Origin: Octopus sinensis | Taxonomy: Eukaryota | Length of the DNA stretch: 64,000 nt | Direction: 5' to 3' | Assembly (NCBI RefSeq): GCF_006345805.1 | Contig: NW_021832015.1 | Span: 1 to 64,000 of the forward strand | Part shown: piece by piece, positions 23,740-37,289 of the stretch | Layout of the letters: every line of letters starts with the position of its first letter | Position numbering within the stretch: the stretch's first letter is position 1 | Translations under genes and position numbers: made by a program | Notes under the pieces: generated by a model | The model's database searches: none | Seen by the model: the letters and a program-made list of their open reading frames with translations, nothing else | What the model was told of the DNA's origin: nothing

Positions 23740-24357
23740 AGGGTCTATTAATTCGATAGATCGATGTTATTAATGTTCCGTTTGGACATCTTTAAGTTAG
23801 TGTGAACAGGGAGTGAGTTCCTGAGTGTTGCATAATCTAGAAAGGAAGGATTGGGGATAATAATTGATGGGGGATCTGGCTGGTGAAATAGCATGTATGA
23901 CAGAAGGAGAAGGGGTATATTGCTGGTTATCTCAGAGGTAGAGTCGTTCTCGTATTACCAGCGAGATGCATTAAGGTATTTCTGAGCAAGTAAGTAATGA
24001 AGCGTGTTGAGATGTTTAATGACAGTGAGGATTAATATTAACCCATCTGCCAGATTTTAAATGTACTTGTGTGTTAGTTTTACTACATCTTTTTGCAAGA
24101 CTATTATTACGGTGATGAACTTGCATACCAAGTGACCTGATCTGAGATCGTGTGCTAGAACGAAAACAATTGCAGTGTGGAAGGTGTTTATAAGCCATTT
24201 AAGAAACACACAAAATCCGTTAGATTCACTTCAACATTTAAATTTAATTAGTCAAAATATTTTCGTCGCTTTCCGACCGTGACCTCTTCACTGACAAAAT
24301 CCCGTGCTGCAGTGTGTTTCTTAAATGGCTTATAAACACATTCCACGCTGCAATTGT
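23740..24357 (-). mobile_element. Penelope-like 3' remnant with short inverted repeat (24166-24209 and 24314-24357)
   Basis: 44-bp arms with 2 mismatches enclose a hammerhead-like motif GTCA-GTGAAGA-G-GTC..GAC-GAAA-ATATT-T-TGAC. Confidence 0.55.
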
Positions 24358-24699
24358 ATTAATTATTTATTTATTTATTATCTATTTAACTAAAAATTAA
24401 GACGCTAAGTAGAAATAATCATGAAATGAAGAAGAAGAAAGCGATATTTATAAATTTCTTTATTTTTTGCGTTGCGGAAGAAAGAGATATTTAAAATTTT
24501 CAGTTTTGTTCGGCGTGCACTGGAGACAGAAGATCGATGAATTAAAGATCAGGAACAAGACACAGAATCAAAGAACACTAAAAATAAACAACTAAATAAA
24601 AATGGTCTTACTATTAACGAAATAATAGGAGCCGAAAGCACATCCTACGGAGCTGATGTCCTTCAATGTATATGACTGACTGAAATTATTCCAAAGTTC

Positions 24700-24845
24700 T
24701 GAAATGGAAAAAGATGATGTAAGAACGCAGAAACTATGATCCACGGATTGTACCGTAATCTTTTCCGGAATACGGACTGTGATCGTAAGAAATACGTGAT
24801 TTGTGAAAACTCGCGTAGCGCTGCATTAAAATATTTATAAAGTCC
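24700..24845. repeat. Diverged inverted homologue of repeat block A
   Basis: cgtgatttgtgaaaactcgcgtagcgctgcattaaaatatttataaa matches the reverse complement of 5655-5705 (gtgatttgtggaaacgcgcgtagcggtgtattaactatttataaa). Confidence 0.55.
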
Positions 24846-24872
24846 GTCTATGAAATATAATTAGTAATACGA

Positions 24873-24903
<31 letters not shown>

Positions 24904-24916
24904 TGTGTGTGTGTGT

Positions 24917-24955
<39 letters not shown>

Positions 24956-24974
24956 GTGTGTGTGTGTGTGTGTG

Positions 24975-25696
24975 TACAACATTTGCCGGCGTTATGGACA
25001 CACCCTCACATAAGACGCAGCCCTATTTTACAAGGATATTTTACGGAAACAGCAAATGCTATACAGGATGTGAAACTCGTATTTCTGGATGTGATGCTTT
25101 GTGTTACCGCGACAGACCACAAATTGGAAAATAAGGGAAAAAAGACTAAAGAACCAAACACAAATGAATGACCAAGAATGGAACACAACAAGAAGGAGGT
25201 GCTGTTGTACAAGCGATGCCTCCGACATATCATCAGGTCTGATCATTGCAAATGGCTGCCAGGTGGATGAAAGTTTAACATTCCATTCAACTTTCTAGGA
25301 GCATTTTTCATTTAGATAAAGAAGAAATGTTCATAAAATGTAACCTAGTTCTTTAAATAATGTAATTTATATATCAGATGTTGGGGAACGAGGTAAGTGA
25401 GGTGATGACAGCGTATCGTAATCAATCTTTCGTAAGTTTGTGATAACAGACTGTGATAATTCGGCTTGTGTTCAACATTTTATTATTAGTAACACAATTT
25501 ACTGTAATGATTTGGCTTGTTCTGATTATTCTTTTATGAGCAACAGTTTTTGCGCCAAGAGAACTTCCCAAGTACGCTCGTCCTGCTCCCTAGCCTACGG
25601 CGCTCGGCCTCCCTTCCGTAATGTGGCCACATTAGACGCATTTGATACATTTAAAAATAAGAAAAGCGCGTCCAATCTGCCGGCAAATACGGTACA
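24975..25696. mobile_element. Non-autonomous Tc2/pogo-type DNA transposon
   Basis: Imperfect TIRs tacaacatttgccggc and gccggcaaatacggta, with subterminal ataagacgca motifs. Confidence 0.55.
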
Positions 25697-25773
25697 TACA
25701 TACATGCATACATACATAATGTTCGTACGTATGCATGCATGTCTTTGAATGTATGTATGTATGTATGTATGTA

Positions 25774-25864
<91 letters not shown>

Positions 25865-25966
25865 CACACACACACACACATACAACAGCTAAAGGTGGTG
25901 CCTCAGTATAGTCTACGTAAACTGTGACTAAAAGTGCAATAAGATGTAAAGCAACTTTGCACTTAC

Positions 25967-26196
25967 CTCTGCTTATTTCAGTGTAAAGTGCACCTGTGCC
26001 ACACACACAGAAGAATCATCATGATTTTTACTTGACAAAATGCATTGTCCGCTACTTATACCGTAGTCAAACGATTGACAATTTGGATTTGCTTCACATC
26101 TATAGATACACGCCGTGTAACTATGACCAGACGTGTCACTAATATCATTGTTACCAGGGAGAAAAGCGTTGTCAACTACATCCATGGGACATTTTC
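25967..26196 (-). CDS. PAN/Apple domain exon 2 (one base short)
   Basis: Acceptor ttttcttctttcag, donor gtaagt. Encodes [18 protein letters not shown]...[27 protein letters not shown]. Length is 230; a +1 shift near ctgtgtgtgtgg gives [12 protein letters not shown] and a phase-1 donor. Confidence 0.75.
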
Positions 26197-26386
26197 CTGA
26201 AAGAAGAAAATGGATAAAGGAAGTTTTTCTTATTTTCGTTCTCGTAAGAATGGCGGGTGTGTACGCTTATAGTGGACCATTTTATTATTTTGGATTAATG
26301 AATAATAATAATAATAATAATAATAAATAGATGAAAAATATTTAATAATAATATTAATACTAATAATAATAATAATAATAATAATA

Positions 26387-26431
<45 letters not shown>

Positions 26432-28506
26432 GATCCTTGAGAACTGTCACAACAAGCGCAGAAATCTCAGCACCGCATGGATTGACTATAAAAAGGCCTT
26501 CGACAGTATACCGCATCCATGGATCTTGAGATCGCTGGACATCTTCAAAATTTCCCCTGTGATTTCAAACTTCCTGAAGCACAATATGTCTTTGTGGAAT
26601 ACGAATCTCCACTTATACTACTCTAATGGAGTACTTGCCTCAGAAAATATAAACATCAACTGTGGAATTTTTCAAGGTGACTCACTTTCACCTTTAATAT
26701 TCTGCATAGCCCTAATACCCCTTACAAGTGAATTAAACAGAACAGGGTATGGGTATAAAATTGCCAATAAAAAATTAAGCCATCTATTTTATATGGATGA
26801 CTTAAAACTTTATGGTAAAGACAATAATGAACTTGAAGGCCTATTGCGCACCGTGAAAGCATTCAGCGATGACATCGGGATGGAGTTTGGACTTGAGAAG
26901 TGTGCCAAGGCCACTTTCCAGAAAGGGAAAGTGAAGACCACAAATTCAGTCGTGTTAGATGTTGACACAGTCATAAGAGAGCTTGAGCAAGAACAGACAT
27001 ACAAATATTTAGGGATAAATGAAGGCTCTGGTATTCAGCATGCAAGCATGAAAGAGAAAATCAGGAAGGAATGTTATAGGAGAGTTCGTGCAGTCCTGAA
27101 TTCTGAACTAAATGCACGTAACAAGGTGTTAGCTATAAATTCCTTAGCAGTTCCAGTTGTTACTTATAGCTACAATGTGTTGAACTGGAATATGAGTGAA
27201 GTAAAGAATATAGATAGGAAAATACGCAAGCTGCTGAGTTGTAATAGGATGCACCATCCAAAGGCAGACGTAGATCGCCTTTACCTTCCCAGAGCCAAAG
27301 GAGGTCGAGGCCTGATCCAATTTGAACTAGCTTACAAAACAACCACAATTGGACTGGCCAAATATCTCGAAATATCGAATGACTGGATGCTAAAGCTCGT
27401 GGAAAATCACGAGAGACGAAAGAAGCTTCATTCTATCATAAAGGAAAACAAAACATTTGCTATTGATCTCGTGCAGGATACCCAAACTGAACAACCCGAG
27501 GGAAGTACGGCAACTATTGTTGCAAAGAAGGTGAAAATGATGGCAATGAAAAAAGCGCACGAGCAATTGGCTGATAGGTGGGAGGAGAAACCTCTGCACG
27601 GCAAATATGTGACCCGCAGCAAACAAGCTGATATTGACCAGAAGCAAACCCATCAGTGGCTACGGAGCTCAGGGCTAAAAGCAGAGAGCGAAGGTTTCAT
27701 CCTGGCTGCTCAAGATCAAAGCCTATTAACCCGAACTACCAGGCCAATGTGATGAAAAATGGAGCAGACCCAAAATGCCGATTCTGCAACGACATGATTG
27801 AAACAGTGGACCACCTAATCTCTGGATGTAAAGTCTTAGCACCAGTGGAGTATAAATTAAGACATGACAGAGTTGGCCAATATCTCCACTGGCTAATAAG
27901 TCGGCATTACAATATCAAAACTGCCGACAAGTGGTATAATCACCACCCTGAGGCTGTAACTGAAGGAGAAAATGTAACCATTCTGTGGGACTTTCCAGTA
28001 CATACAGACCGAACCATCAAGGCCAATAAACCAGATATTGTTGTGAAAGACCAAAACAATAAAGTTTGCTTATTGATCGACATGAGCATCCCCTGTGATC
28101 ATAATATCTCAGCGAAAGAGTTTGACAAGCTCAGAAAATATAAGACTTACTCATTGAAATTGAGAAAATGTGGCATCTCAAGGCGGTTACAATACCAGTG
28201 ATCGTAGGAGCACTAGGAATGATCAAGAAGGGAACCGAAAATTATATGAGAATGAACCCTGGCTTACCATCCCTGCAAGAAGTGCAAAAGATTGTCTTAA
28301 CTGGTACATCACACGTATTGAGAAGAGCATTGTCGATGTGAGAACTGTTGCTGCTCATGTATTTTAATTTAACTTTAAAAAAAAATGAACGAACTACTGA
28401 GTTTGGTTTAATGGCCTATCAATATATACTATGAGTTTCTTTGCCCTAGGAGTCGGGAAGACACTCGGCAAGAAATAGAAGCAAGTTTGAAAGAAGAAAA
28501 AAAAAA
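26432..28506 (+). mobile_element. R4/Dong-like LINE family B, 5'-truncated within RT
   Basis: WIDYKKAFDSIPH, GIFQGDSLSP, HLFYMDDLKLY, YKYLGI, GGRGL, CRFC..ETVDHLISGC, RHD, ANKPDIV. (TAA)n on both sides. Confidence 0.93.
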
Positions 28507-28570
<64 letters not shown>

Positions 28571-29869
28571 GATAGGAAAATACGCAAGCTGCTGAGTTGT
28601 AATAGGATGCGCCACCCAAAGCAGACGTAGATCGCCTTTACCTTCCCAGAGACCAAGGAGGTCGAGGCCTGATCCAATTTGAACTAGCTTACAAAACAAC
28701 CACAATTGGACTGGCCAAATATCTCGAAATATCGAATGACTGGATGCTAAAGCTCGTGGAAAATCACGAGAGACGAAAGAAGCTTCATTCTATCATAAAG
28801 GAAAACAAAAAATTTGCTATTGATCTCGTGCAGGATACCCAAGATGAACAACTCGAGGGAAGTACGGCAACTATTGTTGCAAAGAAGGTGAAAATGATGG
28901 CAGTGAAAAAGCGCACGAGCAATTGGCTGATAGGTGGGAGGAGAAACCTCTGCACGGCAAATATGTGACCCGCAGCAAACAAGCTGATGTTGACCAGAAG
29001 CAAACCATCAGTGGCTGCGGAGCTCAGGACTAAAAGCAGAGAGCGAAGGTTTCATCCTGGCTGCTCAAGATCAAAGCCTATTAACCCGGAACTACCAGGC
29101 CAATGTGATGAAAAATGGAGCAGACCCAAAATGCCGATTCTGCAACGACATGATTGAAACAGTGGACCACCTAATCTCTGGATGTAAAGTCTTAGCACCA
29201 GTGGAGTATAAATTAAGACATGACAGAGTTGGCCAATATCTCCACTGGCTAATAAGTCGGCATTACAATATCAAAACTGCCGACAAGTGGTATAATCACC
29301 ACCCTGAGGCTGTAACTGAAGGAGAAAATGTAACCATTCTGTGGGACTTTCCAGTACATACAGACCGAACCATCACGGCCAATAAACCAGATATTGTTGT
29401 GAAAGACCAAAACAATAAAGTTTGCTTATTGATCGACATGAGCATCCCCTGTGATCATAATATCTCAGCGAAAGAGTTTGACAAGCTCAGAAAATATAAA
29501 GACCTACCCATTGAAATTGAGAAAATGTGGCATCTCAAGGCGGTTACAATACCAGTGATCGTAGGAGCACTAGGAATGATCAAGAAGGGAACCGAAAATT
29601 ATATGAGAATGATCCCTGGCTTACCATCCCTGCAAGAAGTGCAAAAGATTGTCTTAACTAGTACATCACACGTATTGAGAAGATGTGAGAACTGTTGCTG
29701 CTCATGTATTTTAATTTAACTTAAAAAAAAAAAAAATTTTTTTAAATGAACGAACTACTGAGTTTGGTTTAATGGCCTACCAATGTATACTATGAGTTTC
29801 TTTGCCGTAGGAGTCGGGAAGACACTCGGCAAGAAATGGAAGCAAATTTGAAAGAAGGAAAAAAAAAAA
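28571..29869 (+). mobile_element. R4/Dong-like LINE family B, second truncated copy
   Basis: Aligns to 27210-28506 but with private differences (caagatgaacaactc versus caaactgaacaaccc; about 10-bp deletion near 29680). Confidence 0.92.
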
Positions 29870-29893
29870 TAATAATAATAATAATAATAATAA

Positions 29894-32800
29894 GAGAGAA
29901 CACCGGGGACGTTTAAGATGTAAGAAGGAAAATACAGAGCTCCGAAATGATGTATTTTGACTCGATATCATCTCCAACGCAACACATGTAAACATGCGTA
30001 GAACATCAAGATCATCCCCGACCCTAAACACCATGTACAAAGGAACTACGAAGAAATTAAATGCCACCGATACTATTCAACCCAAGAATAACAATCGAGC
30101 GGTACGTACATTAAACTTACAACAAAAAATGTACGAAAAACTACACGTGCGAAATAATGTGACAACAGAAATAAACGGACCGGTACCCTACGAAAATGAC
30201 GACCGTCAAAATAATGGGCCGGACGTTGTACCTCATGTCCCGCAAATAAAACCCAAAAGACGTAAATGGACACGTGAGGAATACATTTCTATCTTACACG
30301 CATACTTCACAGCAGTACTCTACCCAAAAAATGAAAATACAACAACACATACATATAAAATATGGAAGGAAAATAATAGAGATATAGACTTGGATACAGC
30401 AATGAACCCTAATAAATTAGCTAACGTACGAAGATACATTCTCAACACAAAAAAAATATCAGAAATAGAAATAGAACACCTAAAAGAAAACATACACCAG
30501 GAAAATGTAGATAGAAGCCACACAACAATGCCCAATAATATAAACACTGAAACTGTAAAACACGAAGACAAACGCAACATTCCCAGAAACACGATGCAAA
30601 CAACGAAGGGGAGCCTAATGATTATGATAATATAAAAAATAAAATAATCAAAGAACTGAAAACCACAGAGCTCAAAATGGACCACCGACCATACCTCCCA
30701 AGAATCAAAATAAACAAAATAACAACACCTATTATAAACAGCATAAACCTAGCCGTCACTGAACTGATAGCCACTGAAACAAAAAAAAGTGATATCACTG
30801 AGCTAAATAACCTAATATACGCAGCAGCCACTGCAGCCACAAAAGAAGCTGGATACTCACCCAAACCCGCCCAAACAGGAGTACCACCACCCAAACAAAC
30901 CCTGTGGATAAATAACATCCAAAGCAAAATAAAAAAAATTAGAAAAGACCTGTCGATTCTTAATGAAATCAGCAAACAATCAACGCTACTGAGCAACAAA
31001 AAGAGAACAAAAATACTCCGCAAATATAACATCACACAGAAAGATTTGCCTGAAATAAAAGAAAAGCTGAAGCAAGATATCCTTGCCAAAGCACAAAGGA
31101 TCCGCCGGTACAAGAAACGCCAACGCTTCTTTGAAGAAAACAAAAAGTTCAACTCCAACCCCCAAAAGTTCTACCAAGAACTGGGCAAAAATAAAATAGA
31201 AGTCACTGCAGCACCAACGGCAGAAGAATTGGAAGAATTCTGGGGAGAAATATGGTCGGCGAACGAACCACCAAAAAAAAGGAGTATCAAAATAACAAAC
31301 TCGGCATCTGAACAACTTTGGACCCCCATAACAACTGAAGAGGTCACCCAGGCACTGCAAAGACTAAGCAACTGGAAGTCACCTGGCATGACAAGATCCC
31401 CAACTTCTGGTTGAAATATCTAACAGGAATGCACAAAAAGCTGGCTGAAACTTAAACAACGTACTAGCAGAGCCAGAGACAATGCCTGAATGGCTCACGA
31501 AGGGGAAAACCATCTTATTCCAAATCAAATGAAACGATAACCAGAAAACTACAGACCAATAACCTGCCTCCCTACTATGTTCAAGGCATTTACTGCAGTG
31601 ATATCACAAAGGCTGAACAAGCACCTGGACGAAGACAAACTGTTCCCAGAAGAGCAGAAAGGATGCCGCAAAGGCTTATATGGCTGTAAAGATCAACTAA
31701 TGATTAATAAAGCCATAACTGAAGACAGCCACAGAGAAGAAGAAAGGCCTCAGTATGGCCTGGATTGACTACAAAAAGGCGTTTGATAGCATCCCCCACA
31801 CATGGATCCTCGAAACACTAGCCATTACAAAGTAGCACCAACAATCATAAAATTCATAGAGCACTCTATGAATAAATGGCAAACAGTCCTACACCTCCAA
31901 ACAAAAGAGGGACTCATGAAAACCAAAGACATCCCCATTAGAAGAGGAATATTCCAGGGAGACACGCTCTCTCCACTCCTTTTCTGCTTGGCACTGTCAC
32001 CTCTATCTGATATGCTAAATAGAACTAGATGCGGATATAAATGTTACGGCAAAACGATCAGCCACCTTTTATATATGGATGACCTAAAACTATACGCTGC
32101 AAATGACAAACAGCTGGAACACTATTAAAGACAGTTCATGGATTTACCAAAGAAATAAATATGAAATTTGGATTAGAAAAATGCGCCAAAGTAACCATGA
32201 AAAGAGGAAAACTAGTTAAGAGTAACAACATCACACTAGATAAAACCAATGAAATAAAGAATTAGACCAAAGCCAAACTTACAAATACTTAGGAATCCAT
32301 GAACTAGATAAGACACAACACACACAAAATGAAAGAGAAAATAAAAAAAGAATATTATTAGACGAGTTAGATCAATACTAAACACAGAGCTCAATGCTAA
32401 AAACAAGATAATAGGTATCAACACTTTAGCTGTCCCGGTTATAAGTTACAGCTACAATATCCTTAACTGGACACGAAATAAACTGACAAAATAGATAGGA
32501 AAACAAGAAAAATAATGACAGGATCTACGATGCCATCACCCAAAATCTGACATAGAAAGACTATATATACAACGTATAGAAGGTGGTAGTAGAGGCCTTA
32601 TACACCTGGAAAACTACTATAAAATAACCACCATAGGACTGCAAAAATATCTACTTCAGAAGGAAGGAAAACTGATCCAGATAGCGGCAAAACACGAGCA
32701 AAACAAAAAACTTCTCAGTATTTAAGGAAGCTGACAAATACAAACAAGAAATCATACCACATACATGAAGACAGAAGAAGAAGAAGAAGAAAGAAACAAC

Positions 32801-33723
32801 AAAAGCTATAAAACAAATGAAATCCAAACTAAAAATAGAACAGCAACGAACCATGATAAAACGATGGCAAGAAAAGCCCCTTCATGGTAAATACTGGACT
32901 AAACTAAACGCAAAAGAAATAGACAAAGAAAATCCCAGCAATGGTTGAGAAGCTCAGGACTCAAAGCAGAAACAGAGGGATTTTTAATTGCAGCACAAGA
33001 CCAAAGCCTCCCCACCAGAAATTACCAAAAACATGTAATGAAAAGAAATATTACAAGTAACTGCAGAATATGTGGAGATGGACAAGAAACAATAAATCAT
33101 ATTATCTCTAGTGCCCAGTCCTGGCTAAGAAGGAATATATTCACAGACATGACAGAGTTGGAACCTACATACATTGGAAGCTATGCCAACATATGGAATA
33201 ACAACAGAAAAAAGATGGTATAGGCACACACCAGAAAAGGTCACAGAAAACGAGAAAGCAACCATACTCTGGGATATGCCGATACACACAGATAGAGAAA
33301 TTAAGGCCAACAGACCAGATATAGTTGTCAGAGATCATGAAGAAAAGAAATGCTTTCTAATTGATGTATCATACCGGCTGATGACAACGTGTCTCTAAAA
33401 GAAATGGAGAAACTCTCAAAATACAAAGACCTGGAAATAGAGGTAACTAGAATGTGGAATCTGAAAACAGAAACAATTCCTATCATAGTAGGTGCATTAG
33501 GCATGATAAAAAAATATTCAGACAAATACATAACAAAAACACCAGGACTTACAATCACATATAACATACAGAAAATTGCACTACTAGGCACTGCACACAT
33601 CCTACGCAGAACACTTTCCATACAATAACCATCAAAGCATCACAACAAATCACAGCACATACCCAAGGCACACAGAGCTGCGCTCGGTAGTGAAGTGAAA
33701 GCACGCTATAAATTAAAAACTAC

Positions 33724-33725
<2 letters not shown>
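29894..33725 (+). mobile_element. R4/Dong-like LINE family A, near full length, frameshifted
   Basis: N-terminal KRRKWTREEY Myb-like motif (ORF 29994-30635), then RT and RLE pieces matching 11726-15040. (TAA)n on both sides. Confidence 0.93.
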
Positions 33726-33767
<42 letters not shown>

Positions 33768-33809
33768 TTAATAATAATAATAATGTAATAATAATAGCAA
33801 AATAGAAGC

Positions 33810-33950
33810 GTGCCATTGTTATCAAGTGAACGATAATTTGTACAGAATGGAGAAAAGAGGTACTCTTGACGGACTAATAGGGTAATCTGAAACAGATCCG
33901 AGAGGTAGCCTTTAACTTTAGCCATTCAGCAGATATTCAAAAAATTAACT
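33810..33950 (-). mobile_element. Short Tx1/L1 RT fragment
   Basis: MAKVKGYLSDLFQITLLVRQEYL parallels 35560-35700 (MVKVKGHFSDLFQISLLVPQGYPL). Confidence 0.6.
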
Positions 33951-33974
33951 TGTCAATCTACTTCAATCTACTTA

Positions 33975-34164
33975 ATTTTGGTTAATATATATAGAACTGA
34001 GGTAACTCCCCTTGAAGATATAGATTGACAAGTTTATTTTTTGAACCTGTGGAAAACACACGAGACGTCGAGATAGCGTTCATTTGATAACAATGGCATT
34101 CTTCTATTTTGGCTTCTATATCTTCTGAAGGAGTTACCTCAGTCCTATATATATTAACCAAAAT
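33975..34164. repeat. Foldback, 49-bp arms (33975-34023 and 34116-34164)
   Basis: attttggttaatatatatagaactgaggtaactcccc...gaagatatag pairs with ctatatcttc...ggagttacctcagtcctatatatattaaccaaaat. Confidence 0.85.
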
Positions 34165-34299
34165 AATTATAATGATAATAATAACAATCATAATTACTAT
34201 TTCACTTATTGATCACTAGGGCCGACATATAGCAATTCAGTAGACGTGGAGAGGGGAGATATTACATAAAACAACGAGTACACAATTAAAACAGTAACA

Positions 34300-37250
34300 A
34301 TAATATCAAACAAGAAGAATATAACATTGAAAGCTTCCCTGAGTTGGGCTCAGTTACCCCACCAATACTGAACCACTCGACACTTCGAGCGCATCCGGGA
34401 AGGGCACCCTTCTCCCTCTCAAATCCATCGCCTACAGGCGCATTATTAGAGTAAGTCCACTCACACTGGCCATTTTCGCTACATTCACCCACCTCTTAGC
34501 ACATTTCCTTGGAGGCAGCACTCATCTCTCTACCCTAATCTTTCTTTCCAAGTGAAATTTGAAAAAGTTGACATGGGATTGGTCGAAGAGAAAAGTGTCT
34601 GTCTTCAGTTTTATCAACCTGGTCCACCATACAACTCCTTTCGCTACTACGATCAGACAGAGGAAATTTGCCTACCCTCCAGGACCAACGGAAGGCGGCA
34701 GACCGATCTTCACTGTGGATTCAGCCAATAGCCGTATCCGTTCTACACGTGTTTAATCTAAATCAAAAATAATTTAAATAAAATTATCCTCTCAACGTAA
34801 GTGAGACACATTACAATTATTCAAGCTGCTCAACATAACTCCGCAAGTCAGTAGTGCACGGACACTGGTCGATTCCTCGCTCTGCGCACATCTCGGTCAG
34901 GTCTGTCTGACAGCGCTTCCGCGCCTGTATAGTTTATCTCGAACCTGCAGTGCCCCCTGATAGCACTGGCAAGCAAGGATTTCTACTAGTTATCCATCGG
35001 TCCCAGCTCGAAAGTCCTCCTGAACAGACTGCTCAGTTGGACATCATCGATGTCTAGTGCCTCTCCAAGGGCGTCATCGCTCTTTCCCTCCATTAAGTTG
35101 CTATAGAAATCGAGAGTGGACGTTCCACACTTGAAGAGGGGGCGCTCCAGTTTGGCGAGGTATGAACGGAGGTAAGACATGGGCGAGATGTATGGATTCG
35201 CCACCTCCCCTCGACCTTTCAGTGATAGCTTCCTCGTAGCCCACTTCTGGGTGAGACTGGCTACCCTACTCGTCACCTCGTCCAAACTCTTATCCACCTG
35301 GAGGTCTGGTCCGAACCAAATCCAAACTTTACTGGTCCGTCCGTCTGGTGCCCAGCGACGCTGTTGGACGGCGTGGACTTGCCTCTCCAAGTGCCGAGTT
35401 GCAAGCCACCGACTTTCCCGGTTTAAGTTTTGCCCCTGTCAGCTTTTGATATTCCTCCAATGATGTGCCGACCACTTCGATTTCTGAGGCGTCCGACACC
35501 ATCACGGTGATGTCATCCGCATAAGCCGACACATCCCTTCTGCGTCCCGGTTCGAGCGGGATTCTCTGCAGCAGCTCCAGTTTCCGCGGTAAAGGCTCAA
35601 TAGTCAATACGTACAGAATGAAGAAGAGAGGATACCCTTGAGGGACTAATAGGGAGATCTGAAACAGATCTGAGAAGTGGCCTTTAACTTTGACCATTCA
35701 GTTGATGCTGCTGTGAATTGCAGCGATCCAGCCTCTGAAGACGAGGCCGAAGTCATCCGCTTTGAGAATAGCCTCCAGATATCGATGGCTGACCCTATCG
35801 AATGCTTCCGATTGATCTAAATTGATCAGCGCCCCCACCGAAGCCAGGTTTACACACTACCCTTCCAATGATGTATCGCATGAGGTGGAGGCTGTTATTT
35901 ATGGACCTGGTCGGGATTGCGCATGTTTGCGCCTCCTCAACCAAATCCTCGATGACAAGCGCTAACCTCTTGGACTAAATCCTAAACTCTGTGTTAAGCA
36001 GAGTTATGGGCCTGAAGTTATTTAATGTGACCCTCTTGATTTCATCTGTCTTTATCAACGTCACTATGCGTCGGTTCACAGAACTCGGAATACGCCTGTT
36101 CTGCTGCCAGTTGCAGTAGAGCGCTTCGAAGAGATCGGAGAACAAGTCAAGCATATCTACATAAAGCTCATAGGGCAGACCATCTAAACCAGGTGCCTTG
36201 CGACTTCTCCGGCCGACAAGGGCATCCTGAATTTCGGCTGAAGTTATCTGCAACCATGGCACACAGCGTCGACCGTCGAGAGACGTGGCAAGCCGTCGTA
36301 GAACAGCTTTGATCCCCTCGTTTGTTAGAGAACGTGCCTTGGCTCTAACAATGCAACCTTCATATTTTGCATTGAAGAACTGGTCTAATACCAGTCTCGC
36401 TGCTAGCACTTCGGTTGCAATGCCACTACAAATAGCCTCGACTAGTTTTGCTACTAACTCCTCCTTCTTTCTATTTTTTTTCAAACGCTACTTCTTTGCT
36501 AAACCTTAGCGATATTACTCTAATCTTTCTTTTGAGAGCCACTCACCAACAGCTGTTGACGACTCCCTCCCCGGTCAACTTCTGCTTAATTAAATTGTTG
36601 ACCTGGTCCCTGTAAGCCTTGAGTATCGGAAATGATATTTTCAACTTCCAGTATCCGGGTCCTAACCTACGCATCTTATCTAGTTCGACCGTACATATTA
36701 CAAACTTATGATCTGAATAGGCGACCGTTTTAAAAAGTGGACATCCCACACTATTACTATCTATCTTCCCACTGAAATTCCTATCTATATACGATCTAGA
36801 TGACCCTAGGCGGTTGGTCCAGGTCCACTCTGGCGCATTAGCGAAATCTCGTCGGTACCTGTTAGATAGTTGGAACTGGTTGATCAGGAACTTGAGGCTT
36901 TTGCACCTGCCTCTTCTATCAGCTACACCCACACAATCCCAGCGTTGGTTTAAGATTCCGTGCAAGTCCCCACTAATAGTAGAGGACGAGACGTACATAG
37001 AAAGGCTTCCAGACGCCTAAACAAATCCAGCCGTTTGGCTCCAGTAGGGGCGTAGACGGCCAGCAGTCTAAAGACACCACCTTCACTATTGCTCACGTCG
37101 TGCTTGAAAAATAGGTCAAGAACCAATCTCGCCACCTTTCCTAAATGCTGCTTATCGCTTCCTAACTGGGTCTCCACCTACTCTAGATTTGTTTATCACT
37201 AATGCTCTACTAGCATCTCTATTGTAGGAGCACTTTTTAGAGTCATCCAT
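34300..37250 (-). mobile_element. Tx1/L1-clade LINE ORF2 (APE plus RT), decayed
   Basis: FRLLAVYAP, WTW...SYIDR, YSDHK, GPGYWKL, APGLDGLPYELY, NFRPITLLN, PQGYPL, AYADDITV, and C-terminal FHLERKIRVER. Confidence 0.88.
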
Positions 37251-37289
37251 CATCAGTTGTTGACGATTGCAGCCGTCAATTTCGGGTGG

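Noticed and set aside
28571-29869. Assembly duplication of 27210-28506
   Set aside because: Several substitutions and a roughly 10-bp deletion distinguish the copies, and each has its own TAA junction.
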